NCBI RefSeq assembly: GCF_964355755.1
Contig: NC_092680.1
Span: 6,014,001 to 6,078,000 of the forward strand
Source: Antedon mediterranea
Taxonomy: Eukaryota; Animalia; Echinodermata
Direction of reading: 5' to 3'
DNA: 64,000 nucleotides
The position numbers were made by a program, and so were the translations under genes. How positions within the stretch are numbered: position 1 is the stretch's first letter; the number at the start of each line of letters is the position of its first letter. A model generated the notes under the pieces. It saw nothing but the letters and a program-made list of their open reading frames with translations. It had not been told where the DNA came from and ran no database searches. Positions 12,246 to 24,770 of the stretch are shown piece after piece.

Positions 12246-12358
12246 AGCTCTGTCTACACTATCAAACTAGTTGGACAAAAAAGTGGGATGTGCCCAGATA
12301 TAGTGCTGATATGCTCAAATATGTGATATGACATCATGTCCATATAGGGCACATCATT
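12246..12358. mobile_element. MITE family A, truncated copy
   Basis: TIR agctctgtctacactatcaaact plus internal sequence in the same orientation as the 347 copy. Confidence 0.75.
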
Positions 12359-12970
12359 TGCTTAAGATCCACACACACCTCACTAACTAAATTTCTTATA
12401 ACAATGTCAACTGAATATCAAAAAAATAACAAACACACAAATAAACAAACAGTCATATAAAATAACTTTTATGAACAGTTTTTGAGGAGCAATGTACTTT
12501 GTTATATTTTGTTGGCAGGCATATCAATGAAAGTCCTTCATGAATTAAACAAAGAATAGCACTTAAGCCAAAAGAATTTAATGCATTAAACCATATCTTT
12601 AATATATTATTCATTTACAACAAGCATATTAAAATCAGTTGGCAATTATTTATTAAATGCATACATGTTAATAATCTGAAAGTTGGTTACTGTAACTGGC
12701 AGTTATCCAGACGCTTTTGGTCTAGAGGCTAGAAGTTCAAATCCAACATTTGTTTGTTCCCGAAGGTTTCTTCCTAATAGGGGTTTTAATGTTATTGCCA
12801 TTAAAACCGCTTATAGACCTATGTCCATGCTCTTACCATAACTTATCAATGTCATGTTTTATTTAGTTTTTTAATTTATTTCTGCAAAATCAAGAATTTA
12901 AACTTAAATAAAGACTAATTTTGAGACTCCCTGTATTTTCATTGACTAGTTTTCATGCTTTTACAACTAA

Positions 12971-13116
12971 CATGGCCGTAGCCACAAGTATGGTTTGTAA
13001 GGGTTCAACCTGACCACTTTTTCACAGAGGTCTTTAAAAACTCTGTGGCTTAAACATAGATTTTTCCATTTTCTAGTGAAAACCGCACCAATTTATTTCT
13101 TGTGGCTACATCACTG
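12971..13116. mobile_element. Old MITE (hAT- or Mutator-like)
   Basis: Subterminal inverted gtagccacaag / cttgtggctac; flanked by tacaactaa / tataactaa (near-perfect 8-9 bp TSD). Confidence 0.55.
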
Positions 13117-16100
13117 TATAACTAAAAAAAGTATATTCAATTAGATGAGAAGTTGTATATTCAACCTCCAAACAAAACTATTGCTGACTTGTGTTTTCAG
13201 CTGAGTGATACCTTCGTGATAAGGACAAATGAAGTACAACTTGGGTGATTGTAACATGCACGAATTATCAACATTTTGTCTGTCAGATGCGTGTGAAAGG
13301 GAACTTCCTTCGGCTGGTTAAAAGCATGTATTCGTGTCTAGGTAGTGTTATTTCAAGGTTATTGAATTAACATGCGTATGCTAGATGAACCAGCACAGGA
13401 AATTTTGTAGATTTTCAGGAAGAAACGAAACAATTTTTTAATTATGTACTGTCAATATGTTTTTAAATCTATCGTAGTCTCGTAAGTGTTCTTGTAAATT
13501 AAATTAGTGTCGTATTCTGATGATGGACATGACTTAGTTTGCGGTAAGGTTGTGTTCCCAGTTGTTGTAATACCTGACCTTGGTCATTATGTTCCCAAAA
13601 GTAAAGCGTGGTACAGTGTATAGCTTGACACTGATCTTGTCCTTACCATGAACGAAGCAAATTAGTTTGATTTGACAGGTTTCAATTTTTATACATGTTT
13701 TTTTTTAAAATGTTTTAATGTTTGCTTTTAGATATCTATGTCCCTTAAGTCCTTTTTGAATTGTATCTACAAATTGGTTTATCATTGACTAATTACCTTC
13801 AGATTGTCCGCTGAATCATAGCATTCGGATGACTTAATCTTTCATGTTTCAATTTAAAAGTTTACACATCTAATGCATTGATTTGTCTTCCATAAATACA
13901 ATCTTCCCGTTTATCCAGTTAAATAATATTAATAATAATAATAATAAGATTTATACAAGTATTTTATTTGATTCAATACATAATTCAACTGAGTAATGTA
14001 GAATCCTATTAAGGATCCACTTCTGTACCCAACTTAGTTTCCACTTAGTATCCCCCAAATAGTGGTTGGCCAATTATAAATCAATTATATCTGATACTGT
14101 ATGTGTTCGCTTCAAGGAGTGTCCAACCTAATTTTGCAGATTGAAATGCAAAAGATAGGAAATCAAATTATGCTCAGCCCTTCATTTCACCATTTTTAGG
14201 CCCGGGCCCAACACTATTTCAAAATCCAGGATCTGCCACTGAGTGTCCCCTGAATATTGATGTCCTAATAGTGGTCTACGTACTGTACACAAATCTAAAA
14301 TTAGTACCAGTGAAAATTACCAATAATGCCAAAGTCTGTCAGAGTTGGTTGTTTCCAATCCTTTGCGCCTGAGTTAACGGTGTGCAGGATCTTAAATGTG
14401 TGGTGAAAATATTGCGGTAAAATGTCACTTGATGTATCTGTTTTGATTACTTTATTTTCTTCTGGTTGAAGGTTATACAGGAATATCTAGAACATTTAGT
14501 ACCTTGTGCCAACCAGTTTTTGACATGTATCCAGAAGGCTACAATTTAGCCTGTGAAGATGCTGAATTCACCATATGAGTCATTAATGAGCAAGCTAATG
14601 GATTTAGGATTTCAGATTCATTCTTTACATGGCACAAATCATTCATAATAGTTTTTGAATCATAGTGATGCTGTGACCAAGCTATTTGAGCTAAACAGAA
14701 GGAGTTTAGCTCTTGCTCATTACAATGTGAGTTCAAGAAGAGTTTATACTCTATCTGATGTAGGTCGAGTTTATGCTCAGTCAAGTGCTTAAGAAGCCTA
14801 CTGAATGTGTGAAGCGTCTTCTTCAGTTATTATGCAAGATCCGTATTCTTATTACGTTGTGTTTTTATATCTATATAGTCTATACTTCTTGAAATGTTTG
14901 TACTCATTTGAAGTGTGAAGTTATGTTTATTCTCCTGCATCCTGGATGTAGGGCCAAAATTTTACATACCGGTACATAAGTAGAAAAAAATTATGTATTA
15001 TATTAATTTAGTATAGTTTTGTGTAAGTTAAAGAAGATAATGTGATACTAACCTTTCAATTCATACTATTTGTTGCATGCCATACTATGCGGCAAGAACA
15101 AGGAATTGCACTTTTCTGGTGGATCTATTGTCAATATAACCTAGACAAAATATGTATAATTTATATCATAATATCATCATATGTAACTATCATTTAATAA
15201 AGATTAAATTAACCAGTCAATATCTTATTCCATGAATGTGTTTATCATACATAAATTGAAATGAAAAAATAATCAGATCTTTAAAACTTTAAATAAATTT
15301 AGTGATATTGTTGATAATAGACTTTTCTGTAATAAATGTGTAAACAATTTATGATACAATTAAAAAAATTCTTGTAAATATTAACTATGAAATTACAAAG
15401 GAATGTATCAGTATTTTCCTCATTAGCATATTAATTTAAATATCCAAAATAGATAGTGATTGTTATATTTTCTACTGTACTGCCCTCTATGATCAGTTTG
15501 CATTATGTCAAAGCTTCCGTTTCTTAGCCAATAAACGATTTGCCGGTAATTTAGTACAATTTTTTTTCTTGGAAATTGTAAAAGCAATATTGGTTTTGGA
15601 TCAAATTTACAATTGATAAAATATTAAGAAAATGTTACATTTCAGTTGAATGAAGTAAAAAATAGAATAAAAGCATGGAGACAAAAAACACTTTAAAAAA
15701 ATCTGAAAGTGCATTAGAGCCCATTATGATTATCATTAGATATCAATTTTCTGTTCGATAGAACTAATACCGAATGACATGTGATACGTAAATAACCAAT
15801 TAAATTGCAAGAATATAATCAGTTGTTTTAGAATAGTTCATGTCATTTTAGCTGCTTGAAACCACCTTTAATGTTGTATAATTATATTGTTTCAAAGGAT
15901 TATTCTAAATTACACAAATGTTTTAAGTACATTACTACATTTTAAAGATTTATTATTTTTTGGAAATTAATAAATGTTAATGTTTCACTTTTTTTTTTAT
16001 AAGAAAACGTATTTGTATCAAGAAAAATCTAATGATAGATGATAACCATCTGCAGTAATATGGATTTTACAAGTTGAACATGTTAAGCCTTTATTACCCC

Positions 16101-17325
16101 ACATCTATCTAGTCTAGGAAGAAACAGTGACAGGCAGGTATCTTGGTGGTTAACATGCTTGCTTACCAATCCTAGACTCTTTGGTTCAAATCTTTTCTTG
16201 TCTTGCCTAAGATGATCAGTACCTTTTGTTTCAATCTGGAATTGATGAATCTTTTTCATTTATAGCTTATAAAATAAATTTATTTGCAAAATCTATAACT
16301 AGAAAATTTTCAATATAGTAATAAAATGTTGTTATCTGATAGTGTATTATAAATTTATTCTAATAATCATATCAAAACTTAAATTTCTTCTTAGAATCAA
16401 TCTGAATTATTTTAAAACTGAAATTATTCATGAATACTTCTATTACATTCACCAACTGCTTTCTATTATTTTCTGTAACGTCCTTGACCTGACTGTCACA
16501 GACAAAGTAAGTGAAGCTTTATTTAAATAAAACTCATCTTTTACAAAAATTATTCACAATATCTGTATCATTTGCCTATTGTATGCCAGAAAAACCAATG
16601 GTGTGCGGCCAAGCACAACTAGCCAATCCCGAGGCTTTATTTGGACAATAAAGTTGGCATGCATTCTGGTATTCTTTCACAAACTAGTGCAGAATAGAAC
16701 ACGGCCTAACCCATAAACCAAAAACCACTATGCACTTTTATTGAAAAATTATAAATGGAATAGCGAAATTAGATGACAATAAAATGTTGAAACATCTGCC
16801 TTTTAACACATTTTGTTTATGGGTCGACACAGCTGGCACTAAAATAATATGCATATTATATTTTTTCTGTAAATGAATGACAATGAAAACTGTCAAAGGA
16901 CTTGTGTTAAGACGTAACATTAAGATTTAATATGAATGTCAGTGACATTGTCTTTTGTTTTTCATATTCGTGTCTTTGCCAGGTGATGTTAGATTTAATG
17001 GATAAAAGCCAAAAAAATGGAAACATACTGTATTGTTTCAAGGACATTTACAGCAATTACTTTGAGAGAGTTTTAGTGTTTAATTAATATCTATTGTGCA
17101 TCCAGTTCAAGTAATATAAATATTAAAATATCATATTGTTTATACTTTAATTTATTAACCCAATTAAAAGCTTGTGTCAAAAATTATTGTGTTTTTTTTA
17201 TGAATTTAATATCTAATTGTAATAAAGTAGAAGAGGTAGATGGTAGGAAAGTTTTTGTTTTATTTAGAAGAATTAAATAATACAATAGAAACCGTATGAA
17301 GAGGACAGCTTCAGGACAAACGAAG

Positions 17326-17752
17326 TATCTCCTGAATAGGAGTGTCCCCTGAATAGAGGTGTCCATTGAATAGGGGTGTCCCCTGAATAGGGGTGTCCAT
17401 TGAATAGGGGTGTCCCCTGAATAGGGGTGTCCCCTGAATAGGGGTGTCCATTGAATTGGGTTGCTTCTAGTATAGAATATATATTGCCCATCTTTCCATT
17501 CACAGGAAAGTATTTGCTGAATTGGAGTGTCCCCTGAATAGGAGTGTCCCCTGAATAGGAGTGTCCCCTGAATAGGATTGTCCCCTGAATAGGAGTGTCC
17601 CCTGAATAGGGGTGTCCCCTGAATAGGGGTGTCTATTGAATTGGGTGGCTTCTAGTATAGAATATATATTGCCCATCTTTCCATTCACAGGAAAGTATCT
17701 GCTGAATTGGAGTATCTCCTGAATAGGAGTGTCCCCTGAATAGGAGTTTCCT
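17326..17752. repeat. 17-bp minisatellite with a higher-order 185-bp duplication
   Basis: Unit gtgtcccctgaatagg(a/g). The block aattggg.tgcttctagtatagaatatatattgcccatctttccattcacaggaaagtat occurs twice, 185 bp apart. Explains the ORFs at 17184-17688. Confidence 0.9.
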
Positions 17753-20700
17753 CTGTCTCAAATTGCCAATTAAAGATTGATTTATTTTATTTTTTTATTT
17801 TTTTTTTATTGTAAGATAATGAGTTCAGTTGAACACTATTTTCTATCTTGTATAATTTACTCACAATTCTTGTGTCCTAGTTTTTGTATCAACATTTTTT
17901 GAACAAGTGTTCTTACACCTTACATTGTGATTTATCAAGACTAGTAATCGATCAATTAATTTATACTATTCAATTACTGCTAACAGTTGTCATGTTAATT
18001 GCGTATAAAAAAGAAGTACGTGCAAACGGTATGCGATGTAAACCAACACATATTAGTACCATTTAATTCTTTTCCTCCTCTACTGTAATAAGCATCAAAT
18101 TTTCTTTTTAAAGATTTATTTTCATTAAGAGTTGAGCAAAAGAGTACTGCATCCCATTCTCGGCACTGTATCTCCACATATGGAATCTCTACATGTCAAA
18201 TATCATAGGCATATTCTGTAATACAGTGTCATTTTTATGTATTACATGTGAGTTTCAGGGTTCAATCGTGACCTAGGCCAGAGTTGTAACTCACGACTAT
18301 ATCTCCTCGACTCACTAAGCCTCAAATGAGACTTAGTCTATAAGCATGATATAGTTTATCCCTCCTGTAATTGACAAGTTACTTGCTGTTTGTTAGATGT
18401 GTAGGAAAAAATATGAAAGTAAACACCATTATTCAACTCAAGCAAAGTTGAACATTGTACCGCGAACAGAAAACCTTTGATAAATTGTTCTTGTCTAAAA
18501 TTGCAATGATTATTGACAAATCTCTGGTATTTTGTAAAAGATCCTACAAATTAAAGCTTTCTGAGCACAGCATCAAGAATTGATGGTAATTTGGTCAAAG
18601 TTCACAAGTATTAGTTTTAGCAATGCGCCAAAAAGCGACAAGATTTCTAATTGGAAGTGACACGTCGTTCCCGTGCTTCATAATCTGTAACCAAATGAAG
18701 AATCGGGAATGGAACTAGTTGCATGGTGTCAAGCAAGAATTGTGATTACATCTCAATGTAAATTAACACTGAAGATTGTAATTTACACATGTTTTCTTTT
18801 TTAAATCAAAGAGAATTTGAATGATGTTTCTGTCTCATTTAACCACAAATAGGATTCTTCATTTTGTTTACTTCTTCCAGTATAAAGATTAAATGAAATA
18901 GAACAAGTATACATTTTAATTAAATTTAGATTTAAATTAATGCATCAATTAAATTTCTCTCAACTTCAATTTCTCTTATTTTAAGGATATTTCATGGACT
19001 TATGATTTTTGTTGTGTAAAAAGTGTGCATATTAAAACAATATTTGGTGCTATATAAGACAACCACATTATTATAATGATCAGATCAAACATAATTTTTC
19101 ATTAATTAATTGTTTGTAGCTATAATGATAGTTTAAAGATTTCCCCCTAATTGTCAGCATATGCTGTTTAAGGTCACCCTTTATAATAAGGTGAAATAAA
19201 AATAAAATAAAAATAAATTTCATAGATTATATACTACCAACCATAATGGTATACGAAAAATGATTATTATTTGCATCAGTTTTGAATCAAGTTTTATTAA
19301 ACTACATCATTCCAACATTCTGATGGTTTTAATAACACGATGCTTTCTTCTCGTACCGCTATTTTAATACCTCATCAACTTTTTCTAAAATTTTATTTTG
19401 TATTGTATATTAACTCTGCTGATTTTATTCTCTGCGTTCCATTAGGGAAATATCATTATTTAAATGAATGCGTAATGTCATGGGTTATGAAAAGGTCATA
19501 TGATGTAAAAGCATATTACAGTATTACTATGATTCTGCGGTAGTGGCGACCTGTATTTGCTTCTCGTTTATAAAACTTTTGAAGTCAAATAAGCTTTAGT
19601 AAAACCTTGGTTGATTCCTGACTAATCCCAGCAAAATTTACAATCGATAAACTGTGATACATAGCAAACTAAAGAAAATATTATTTACCTAAATTTAAAG
19701 ATAAATAAATATTCAAGTGTTTATGTGTTGTGGAGGAAAAGGACAAACATGTTTATTTTATTATGATATAATAGTATTTTAATTCTTCTAAATTCATTGT
19801 CTAATATTTGTAGAGTCTCTTTGTGTCCCAATTTAGGACATTTTACAGTGCAGAGCTTAGACTGTCAGGATTATTTAAATTTTAAGAAACATGTCAAATA
19901 TTGAGATTTATTTCATTATTATCATGTATTATTAAAAAACATAATTAACAACACAAGATAAATTTCACTAATTATTCAATATACAGTATTTTTTTAAGAA
20001 TGTCCACAGTAGTGTGATTTCCATGAGATCAAAGGTTACAAATAATAGCAGAAGAAGAAATGGTAAAGATGGAAAAAAAGGGAGGAAAAATTTAAAAAAC
20101 TAGACCAAACGATGACAAGGTTCCATGGATTACTTTGAATAATAATATCAAGTTTTTGTTTTTTGTTTAATGTTTAATTCATAGTATTTTTTCATGTATT
20201 TTGTTGTGTCCATGGCAACACAATGTAGGTTGTACGATTAAATTTCCTTCGCCGTGACATACAAAACTTTAAAGATTATAACTTGTGTATACCTTTTAAT
20301 ATGTCTTGTAGGAAGGTCTAAGTAGATTTTTATACATGACTAACTAAAATTATTTCAATAACAACTCTTTCAACTTAAATTTGGTAAAATGTCATAAATT
20401 GGGAGACTTCACAAAGACAGTGCACGCATTAGCCAATTAAACCTCTTAGGAATACACACTTTTACTGGCCTTATTTCGAGATCTCGTTTTGATTTCAAAT
20501 CCTAATTTATGTCCTTCTTAATCCCAATTAGGACAAATGGCCTAATAAAACTGAAATATTCCGAGTAAATTTTTACCAAATTACTTGAGTATACAGGCTT
20601 TAGCTAATTGATATCATAAATGTTTAATACAGCCAATTATAGAAAAAAATTGGGACAGAATTGATGTATCTACTGGCAATTAATGAAATAAATGTGTTTA

Positions 20701-22049
20701 AAGAAACCTGAAAGCTTCTGCTTTAGATATTTTTTCTTTTTATATTAAAGAATTTTTTTTTTGGTTTGTTGTGTTGCAGTGAGTTTAATCATATTAAACA
20801 TTACTGTATTTATTTAATATATTTTATTATGAGGGTAGTCCATCCAGCCGAAGCCTTAGGAACCAGCAATAGAGGCCTACAGTTTGGGGCAATGATATTA
20901 GAATTACTTGACAATTAAGAGGAAGAAAAAAAAGTTAAATAATACTATGTTAATAATTCATTTTGTTTTGTGTTCTATTCATTTTGTTTTGTGTTCTTAT
21001 TCATTTTTCTTCATTCTTGAAACAATTTTTATGATAGAAAATAAAATATCCTCAGAATTTTGAATATGGTACAGCATGTTTATATTTTATTTTTACAATA
21101 TTCATTTCTGGTTTTGATCTTATGATTTTGGCAAAACAAAAATTAATATTTTTAATAATTATATTATTTTGAATTCATTAAATTATTTATTTATTTAATT
21201 CTTTTTCATTGTTTGTACAAAAAAAACTGTCATGACTCGTATATCAAAGATTTGATGCAATCCTAGCTAGACGTGTGCCATTGTTTGCGGCTGGTGGTTT
21301 TATCACTGTACAGGGAATATAACAGCAGGTAGGGCATTAAAGATTATGTTGTTACGCGTGTGTTGGATCTGCGACATTTTTTACTAATGTAATAAAGACA
21401 TTTTTTTCTAAAAGGGTCAACATAGAGTCGGCTAATATAGGAATCAAAAAGGTTAAACTGGTAATAACATTAAAAGATTCAATATATTTATTGATGTTGA
21501 TAGCATCCGCAGGAAGTTAAAATGTACAATTTTAGTTTGTTTTTTGTTTTATGGATTGTATTGGTATGGTCAGCTGGTTGTAACTGTTATGCAAGAAAAA
21601 TGGTTTATTCAAACATCTGTGTTTTTATTGTAATGCTTAATTAAAGAGATACCAATAATTATGAGTCTTCATCATTTCAACAAAATTGTCATCGTAGTTG
21701 TCACCAACATCAATGTCACCAACATCTTTCCTGTTTTGTTTTTTTTCCATTTGATAGATTCCATCACCAATAGTAAGATGTTGATGGGATCAATGTTCCT
21801 CAAAGCCAATGCTATCCTATAAACCAGTAGTATAAATTCTGATATTATTCAATGCCGTTTTTTAGTTTGTGCTTCATTGCTGATGTTTCTTTTCTCATGG
21901 GAGATCCAAGATGAAGGACAAGGTCATTCTTTAATTGCATAATACCATTGTTTGATAAAGAATACTTTTTAAAAGAAATTATTAACATTGTGAAGATCAT
22001 CTGATTTTTTTTTCAATGCTGTAAATTTATTCAGTTTCATAATCCAAGT

Positions 22050-22829
22050 ATTCATTATTATTCTATTCTTTATATCAAACCAACAGTGTAAAACACCAAT
22101 AACAGGTTGAAAATAAAAGCTAAACTATAAAATATGAGCCTATAAATATATACAAATGAAAAAGAAAATTTAAATAATTTCATTAATAATACATTTAAAT
22201 TGAGAAAAATTACAGTTAAAAATATCTAAAGAATTATTTGTTAAAATACAAGAATTGTACAATGACGAGAGTCTACAGAAAATACCATTTTTACAAACAT
22301 TGACACGAGAAAATTTAACATGAAGAAAGGGTTTACTACGAAGATTACGAACAGGAACATTAAAATAAAACAACGAAACAAGATCACAATCAAACTTAGA
22401 AGTAAGACATTTATACAGGAAGTGCAAGTCCTGTCTTGCTCTCCTAGATGTCGGGGAAACAATAGGAGGCAGGTTGGCTGCTGGGCCGACAAAGCGCAAG
22501 AACTTGTTATGGGTCCGATCAATTCTGGAGGCTTGAGAAGCAGAGAGTGAATTGTAAATAATTGAACAGAAATTAAAAGATGGTTGGACGAGGGAAAGAT
22601 AAAGCGCACGTTTGGTGTATGGAGAAAAATGTTTGCAATTGCGCCACATCAGCCCAAGCAGCCTATTGGCCTTTCTGACAACATGATCAACGTGTGAAAT
22701 AAATGTCAGTTTACGGTCGATGAAAATGCCGAGGTCCCGGTAAGAGTTTACACTTTCAAGGACTTCTTCTTGAACTGAGTAAGCGAAAATAATAGGTTTT
22801 TTCTTAAGAGAGCAAGACAGGACTTTGCA
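22050..22829 (-). mobile_element. 5'-truncated non-LTR retrotransposon (CR1/Jockey-group LINE), RT C-terminus plus 3' UTR
   Basis: Uninterrupted frame 22828-22170: CKVLSCSLKKKPIIFAYSVQEEVLESVNSYRDLGIFIDRKLTFISHVDHVVRKANRLLGLMWRNCKHFSPYTKRALYLSLVQPSFNFCS... (CKVL, YRDLGI and LYxSLVxP motifs). Short 3' UTR with a gaata/aat-rich tail. Confidence 0.9.
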
Positions 22830-24770
22830 TTAATACCACCTCATTATAATACTCATCAACATTGTCAGTATCATCATTGGCTGTATCATCATTATCAGTA
22901 TCGTCATTGTCATTATCATTATTATCAGTATCATCATTGTCGGTATCAGCATTGGCTGTATCATTGTCAGTATCATGGTTGTCTTTATCATTATCAGTAT
23001 CATCATTGGCTGTATAATCATTGTCAGTATTGTCATTGTCTGTATCATCATTATCTGTATCATCATTGTCAGTATCATCATAGTCAGTATTGTCATTGTC
23101 TGTATCATCATTGCCAGTATTGTCATTGTCTGTATCATCATTATCTGTATCATCATTGTTCGTATCATCATTATCAATATCATCTTTGTCAGTATCACTA
23201 TCGTCATTGTCAGTATCATAGTTGTCTGTATCGTTGTCAGTATCATCATTGTCAGTATCATCATTGTATGTATGTCTGTATCATCATTATCAATATCATC
23301 TTTGTCAGTATCACTATCGTCATTGTCAGTATCATAGTTGTCTGTATCGTTGTCAGTATCATCATTGTCAGTATCATCATTGTCTGTATGTCTGTATCAT
23401 CATTGTCAGTATTATCAGTATCATCATTGTCAGTATCATAATTATCTGTATCATCATTGTCAGTATCATCATTGTCAGTATTTCTGTATCATTGTCAGTA
23501 TCATCATTGTCAGTATGTCTGTATCATCATTGTCAGTATGTCTGTATCATCATTGTCAGTATCATCATTGTCAGTATGTCTGTATCATCATTGTCAGTAT
23601 TATCAGTATCATCATTGTCAGTATCATAATTATCTGTATCATCATTGTCAGTATCATCATTGTCAGTATTTCTGTATCATCATTGTCAGTATTATCATTG
23701 TCAGTTGTCAGTAGGATCATTGTCAGTATGATCATTGTAAGTATCATCCTTGTCTGTATCATCTTTGCCAGTATCATCATTGTCATTATCATCATTGCCA
23801 GTATCATAATTGTCATTATCATCATTGCCAGTATCATCCTTGTCTGTATTATCATTGCCAGTATCATCATTGTCATTATCATCATTGCCAGTATTATAAT
23901 TGTCTGTATCATCATTGGCTGTATCATCATTGTCTGTATCATCATTGTCTGTATCATCATTGCCAGTATCATCATTGCCAGTATCATCATTGCCAGTATA
24001 ATCATTGTCTGTATCATCATTATCTGTATCGTCATTGCCAGTATCATCATTGCCAGTATCATCATTGTCTGTATCATCATTGACTGCATCATCAATGGTT
24101 CTATGTCACTATCATCATTATCAATATCATCTTTGTCAGTATCATCATTGTCAGTATCATAATCATTGTCAGTATCATAATCATTATCAGTATCATAATC
24201 ATTATCAGTATCATAATCATTGCCAGTATCGTAATCATCAGTATCATAATCATTGTCATTGTCTTTATCATCCTATACCATAATCATTGTTGCCTGCAGC
24301 ATCATCATTTTCACTATCAATATCAGTGTAATCATTATAAGTACATTTATAATTTTCCGTACTAATAATGATTAATATAATTTTTTTCAGTATCATCATC
24401 ATTGTCAGTATCATATTCATTGTCAGTATCATAATCACTGTCAGTATCATAATCATTGTCAGTATCATAATCATTGTCATTATCATCATCATTGTCATTA
24501 TCATCATATATACCATAATCATCTTTGTCTGCAGCATCACTTTCAATATCAATATAATTATTATATGTATATTTATCATTGTCATTACCATCATGTTCAA
24601 TATCATTATCAATATAATCATTATCACTATCATCATTATAAGTATAATTATCATTGTCAGTATCATCATTAGCAATCATTAATATAATCATAATTATCAT
24701 CATTATCAATGTCATCATTATTATCGGTATTTTTAATCTGAATTATTTATCATCATCAGTTTCATCATTG
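22830..24770. repeat. About 1.9-kb degenerate (ATC)n-derived satellite, dominant 15-bp unit atcatcattgtcagt
   Basis: Directly visible periodicity; generates the I/V/S-, M/I- and D/N/T-rich ORFs of the track. Confidence 0.93.

Noticed and set aside
14520-14800. Protein-looking frames on both strands (81 aa minus; nearly open plus frame)
   Set aside because: No recognisable domain, in-frame stops on the plus strand, and no convincing flanking splice sites.
18251-18350. Inverted nuclear-receptor element GGTTCAatcgTGACCT
   Set aside because: Overlaps what looks like the B-box of a decayed tRNA-derived SINE, so it was not counted as independent evidence.
22975-24682. Long I/V/S-, M/I- and YHHCQ-rich ORFs
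   Set aside because: Alternative frames of the (ATC)n satellite.
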